NCBI RefSeq assembly: GCF_030028105.1
Contig: NC_092384.1
Location: 3,081,665-3,145,664, forward strand
DNA: 64,000 nucleotides
From: Mobula birostris
Lineage: Eukaryota
Direction: 5' to 3'
Below are positions 61,687-64,000 of the stretch, one piece after another. Position 1 is the stretch's first letter, and every line of letters begins with the position of its first letter. The notes beneath the pieces were generated by a model. That model saw only the letters and a list, made by a program, of their open reading frames with translations. It did not search any database and was not told the DNA's origin. A program made the position numbers and the translations under genes.

Positions 61687-61797
61687 CTTTTTTTCCCCTT
61701 GCAATGCATCGCTTCGCAATCAGAAAGACCAGCAATATAGACACCAAACCACTCAATGCACATATGGAGGTCATGACGTCATTGGTAATGCTAGTTC
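61687..61797 (-). CDS. Transmembrane exon (GTSITNDVMTSICALSGLVSILLVFLIAKRCIARGKK)
   Basis: Acceptor tttcaattttccag|, donor |gtaaga; 111 nt, phase 1-1; uncharged hydrophobic helix followed by a basic stop-transfer segment. Confidence 0.88.
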
Positions 61798-63125
61798 CTG
61801 GAAAATTGAAATATATTAGATATAAATGAAAACTGTAGGCGGTTCAGACTAATACATCCCCTTGTCTTTGAAAATGACATAACATCTGAAATTTAGCCAT
61901 TGTTTTAATTTCCTGTAAAGTACAAACGAGACTGCTGCTTTCAGCGAGCTGTAAGGCTTTTCATCCTCTCGGAAAGTTTGTATTTAAATACGCATAGTTT
62001 TGTGCCTTGTTGAATGGAACTTTCAATATTTTTGCACTCTTCTGGTGTGCAGTATGCCATGCCAGATACAGGGAATGAAGAGTTGTGTTTCGGCTTGGGA
62101 TGGACACTGCCCTGTGTATACTTTCAATACCCCGCTCTGATTCACTTGACAATCAAAGCGGAACGGTAAAGCGGCACTTGTTAGCAGATTACTGGTAACA
62201 GCATTTCTCTGGAAGTGAGCTAGTCTTCGCCACCGCAACGGGGAAGTGGAAACAATGATGGAATTGTTGCAACGAAGTTCATTTAATTAAAAACAGAACA
62301 GGAGGAAAGGCGACTGGCGGTAAACTGGACAAGTTATTTGAGTCACGGTAATTGCAATTTGCTCCACACAATTTATTAGATGAAAACGTATAAAGAAGTA
62401 CATATAAAGTACATATAAAATATCTGGAGAACATCCTTTCATTACTATCAGAAAGATTGTGGATATTTTGGCTTCATAGAGGGAGAGGATACAAATAGAA
62501 GGATAACGTACCCAGTATTTCAAAATCAATGGCTGCCATTAAGCCCTGTGCACGCAAATTAGTCGGGTTATCAGTACTTCCAACCTCACACCCCCACAAA
62601 AAATGTAGGAAAGAATTTGGGGGCGGACGGATGGGATGTTTTGTTGGTGTACGACAAGGTTGAACATGACGGATTATTGGAGGAAATTTACTTGGCAATT
62701 AAGGACGATCTGCTTCCTGTGGACAATAAACGGCACCAGATTTTGCTTCTTTTCGCGTCTTGTGGCGCCTTTAGCATCTGTCTGTTCTCAACCTAACACG
62801 AATGGAAAACACGGGGTTCCGGCGGGATTCCAGCCTGGGATCATCGCCTCGAGGTCCGGAGCTGATGCCACCATATCAGCGGCCGGCAACACCAGTGTGT
62901 CTTAGATTTAATATATTACACAAATCGGAGAAATCGTGAGGATAATTCTCCTAAGACACGAAACTCATTGCATTTTATGCCAGAGAAGGCAGCTTCATTA
63001 TAAATTGTAAAGAGCTTATTTTGTATCTATTTAATAAGAACCTATTAGCGGTCACAGTGAAGTCCGGTGAAAACTGTTTTAATAATTACCCGACTTTGTA
63101 TGACAGTTGAGATCCATAGTCTCAC

Positions 63126-63428
63126 CTGTGCTGTAGTTGATGACGATGTAAGTGGCGAGAGCAGAAACCCGGAGGGTGACGTGAGATACCAGACAATTGT
63201 AGACTGTCCCGGTTGGCACAACCTGTGTCACTGACAATCTGCTGGAAGCTTCATATAGCCCATCCGAAGTGGAGTTGGTAACTGGCTTGTTGGTTGTAAT
63301 GTTGGTGCCATCTTTATACCAGGTGAAACTGATATCCATTGGGTAAAAGGGAGATGTAGTGCACAGAAGAGCCAAGGCTTCCGATTTCTCTGGATCTCCG
63401 GAGTAAATTTTCAATGGAGCTGGAGGAA
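63126..63428 (-). CDS. Ig C1-set domain exon
   Basis: Acceptor gtttcttag|, donor |gtgag; 303 nt, phase 1-1; [25 protein letters not shown]; N-glycosylation sequons NIT, NST, NYS. Confidence 0.92.
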
Positions 63429-63840
63429 CTAAGAAACAGTGGAATAGATGGATGAATGGTTGTTTACGGTTAGTTGTATATTCTCGGCCATATCAGCGTT
63501 CGATACTAGTAACATAAAAGCCAAAAATTTAAGATTACTACGGCAGGAATTTAAATTGCAATGGAGGAAAATAGTTCTTGATAACTAACGGAGCAAATCG
63601 TCGAATATTTGGGATCAGGGGCGGCTGTAAAATTTAGGGCTCCAGAATTTAACGTTGAAATGAATGATGATGTCCAAATACCTTAGCCAGATTTTAATTA
63701 CTGTCGTTGAATACTCTTGTTTTACATAGTCAGCGCGTGCCGCTACAATTAGTACCGTTATTCTATTTAAGAGGCATTGTACAAAAGACAATTTCTCAGT
63801 CGCAAGTTCGCATCAACTGAATCGCTTCTAATGCACCTAC

Positions 63841-64000
63841 CCAACACAACTAAAGTCGACCCGGTTCCGTTGCCAATCATTGTGCCCTGATGGGTGATTG
63901 TACAATAATAGACTCCCGCATCTTGTAGACGCACGTTGACTATCTGCAGGAAGCCGCTGAATTTAGTACTGAAGCCGGTCAATTCTCTGGCGTCATGGTC
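63841..64000 (-). CDS. Ig V-set domain exon (3-prime part) with germline J-like segment; SIRP/NKp30-like
   Basis: [36 protein letters not shown], then a phase-1 donor |gtaggt; continues beyond the window. Confidence 0.9.

Noticed and set aside
62287-62529. Hydrophobic ORF as a candidate TM exon
   Set aside because: The helix is poor and interrupted by charged residues; the exon at 61687-61797 has clean splice sites, the right phase and a proper TM.
63053-63091. CACAGTG heptamer next to the C1 exon as a possible RSS
   Set aside because: There is no nonamer at 12- or 23-nt spacing (aactgtttt, taattaccc), and it is not adjacent to a V or J segment.

Overview
Repeat-dense eukaryotic DNA from a vertebrate, inferred from its repeat families (HE1/HER1-type SINE and CR1, Penelope, Rex1, R4, BEL/Pao) to be a cartilaginous fish, probably a ray. 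There is one host gene, on the minus strand and entering from the right edge: an immunoglobulin-superfamily receptor with a germline-joined V(J)-like exon, a C1-set exon, an uncharged transmembrane exon and, about 13 kb downstream, two cytoplasmic exons with ITIM-type tyrosine motifs (SIRP-like inhibitory receptor). Most of the rest is nested transposable elements. The most striking item is a 4-kb two-LTR, non-autonomous Gypsy element (9909-13949) with a tRNA-Pro-like PBS and a PPT. In it, the RT C-terminus, RNase H and integrase core are replaced by an intron-free, internally deleted piece of a sarcomeric myosin heavy-chain rod, fused in frame to the RT remnant. Other observations: an LTR of the same family swollen by a 1.1-kb higher-order minisatellite, a LINE ORF that appears to follow a tRNA-like SINE head directly, two young CR1 copies truncated within 3 nt of each other, and several clean TSD-defined nested insertions. 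All family assignments come from motif recognition by eye and from recalled sequences; no database searches were run. TE boundaries without a stated TSD are approximate.
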